DNA from: Nannocystis bainbridge
GTDB taxonomy: Bacteria; Myxococcota_A; Polyangia; Nannocystales; Nannocystaceae
Assembly (NCBI RefSeq): GCF_028368995.1
Contig: NZ_JAQNDL010000002.1
Location: forward strand, 160,001 to 224,000
Direction of reading: 5' to 3'
DNA length: 64,000 nt
The notes beneath the pieces are model-generated. The model searched no databases. It worked only from the letters and a program-made list of their open reading frames with translations, and had not been told where the DNA came from. Positions 62,696 to 64,000 of the stretch are shown here, piece after piece (positions within the stretch are counted from its first letter, which is position 1; each line of letters starts with the position of its first letter). The translations under genes were made by a program, and so were the position numbers.

Positions 62696-63700
62696 TCAGG
62701 CGCCGGAATGCGCGCGCGCGGCCGTGAGGGGGGCGGCGGGCCGGCTGCTGCGGAGCGTGGCGGTGATGGCGCGCTGGACGGCGACGGCGCGGTCCTCGTC
62801 GTCGGCGGCGAAGGTGCAGCCGGCGACGTAGGGGTGGCCGCCGCCGCCGTGCGGCTCGAGCAGCGCGGCCATGCTGTGCTCGCGAGCGTCGCGCGGGAGC
62901 CAGGGGTTGTAACCGGCGGTCAGCTTGATCCGGCGGTCGGGGCCGCGGGTGAGGGCGACGACGTAGCGGATCCGCGGGTGGTGGTAGTACGGGATGAACT
63001 TGTTGTAAGCGCGGACCGGCTGGTCGATGAGGCTGTAATGAAGGACGTCGCCCTCGACCACGGCGGTCTCGCCGATCAGCCGGATGTCGTGGCGGTTCTG
63101 CTCGAGCCGCGGGCGCAGGAGGGCCTGGACGTAGTCGGCGGCGGCCAGGCCCGCGAGCGAGCAGACGAGCAGGTCGTGGATGAAGCGCTCGCCGAGCTCG
63201 CGGTCGTGGTTGTTCTCGACGAAGGTCATCAGCAGCAGCGCCGGTTCGGTCAGCTCGACCGGCATGCGCGGGTCGGGGAAGGCGGCGCTGTCGATGATCT
63301 CGGCCCAGCGGATCAACTCCGCGTGGGCCGACAGGTCGCAGGCGAACCGCTCGCGCACGACGCGGGCCAGATAGCCGGCGCAGCTGCTTGCGGTCGGGTC
63401 GTGGAACTTCTGGCCGCTGGTGTCGGCGAGGAAATGTTCGCGGTCGCCGGGCAGCTGGAAGGCGCTGGCGTGGTGGTCGAAGTACCAGGCGAGCCGCGGA
63501 TCCTGGCTGTAGCGAAAGTCGACGCTGGCGACGTCGTCGGCCTCGAAGTCTTCGGGGTCGTAGGGGTCGCCAGGCCGGTGATCCTTGGGGATCAGGCGGC
63601 AGGGGCGGGGGCCATGGCGCTGGCGATCGAAGGCGGCGAACAGCGCGGCCGAGGCGGCGCCGTCGAAGCACCAGCCGTGATGGAGGATATGAACCGCCAT
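62696..63700 (-). CDS. DHH-family phosphoesterase
   Basis: HGWCFDGAASAA, VDF, FDHH, GGGGHPYVAG. Confidence 0.88.
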   Translation of the reverse strand: MAVHILHHGWCFDGAASAALFAAFDRQRHGPRPCRLIPKDHRPGDPYDPEDFEADDVASVDFRYSQDPRLAWYFDHHASAFQLPGDREHFLADTSGQKFHDPTASSCAGYLARVVRERFACDLSAHAELIRWAEIIDSAAFPDPRMPVELTEPALLLMTFVENNHDRELGERFIHDLLVCSLAGLAAADYVQALLRPRLEQNRHDIRLIGETAVVEGDVLHYSLIDQPVRAYNKFIPYYHHPRIRYVVALTRGPDRRIKLTAGYNPWLPRDAREHSMAALLEPHGGGGHPYVAGCTFAADDEDRAVAVQRAITATLRSSRPAAPLTAARAHSGA

Positions 63701-63746
63701 GCGGCGGCCCTTATACCGGCGGCGTCCGGCGCCGTCTCCAAAGCGG

Positions 63747-63998
63747 CTATTCGTCGCGCTCGACCTGGCCGGGCTGGCGCGCGTGGAGCGTGAAGATCCC
63801 CTCGGGCAGGCGGCGCAGCTCGGCGCCCTCGGGCGCGGGCGGCAGGTCCGCCGGGCCATCGTCGTGGATCAGCAGGGAGGCCTGGACCCGCGATTCGGGG
63901 CCGTGGGCGAGGGTCCGCCGCGAGCCGGCCGGGGCCGGGGCGTCGGCCACGAGCAGCCGGCCGCCGCGGTGGATCACGCCGACGGTGCGGCCGTCGCA
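63747..63998 (-). CDS. 3' end of a hypothetical protein (5' part outside the window)
   Basis: Frame open to the window edge and co-oriented with neighbours. Confidence 0.5.
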   Translation of the reverse strand, partial: CDGRTVGVIHRGGRLLVADAPAPAGSRRTLAHGPESRVQASLLIHDDGPADLPPAPEGAELRRLPEGIFTLHARQPGQVERDE

Positions 63999-64000
63999 GA

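Overview
Very GC-rich myxobacterial DNA. Thr-stalk and Cys-rich lipoproteins, a MYXO-CTERM-like tail and ECF cassettes point to a Nannocystis-like organism (inference). The window holds about 47 CDSs and one initiator tRNA-Met. Housekeeping genes include ggt, mtnP, a PfkB kinase, yaeQ, pilD, mscS, rsfS-rlmH and ferredoxin-tamB-tamA. Signalling genes include a 1.9-kaa kinase/AAA/GAF/His-kinase, a Cache His-kinase, a BlaI/BlaR1-like pair, an ECF cassette, AraC and ArsR. There is also a class II UvrA-like protein and many surface lipoproteins. I saw no transposase, integrase, cas gene or CRISPR array. The main unexplained signal is a 14-bp palindromic unit, TGYYY-N4-RRRCA (best form TGTCC-N4-GGACA). 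It occurs as 12 intergenic head-to-tail arrays of 4-8 units, as frame-preserving arrays inside three protein linkers, and as solo copies inside genes. Units show compensatory stem changes and frequent GAAA/TTCG-type loops, and most arrays sit within about 11 nt of a stop codon. I know of no description of this element. Other notable items are an orphan lipoprotein-tethered NuiA-like nuclease inhibitor, a degenerate terpene-cyclase-like protein, a probable pseudokinase domain and a TamB with an extra N-terminal domain. All motif counts were made by eye.
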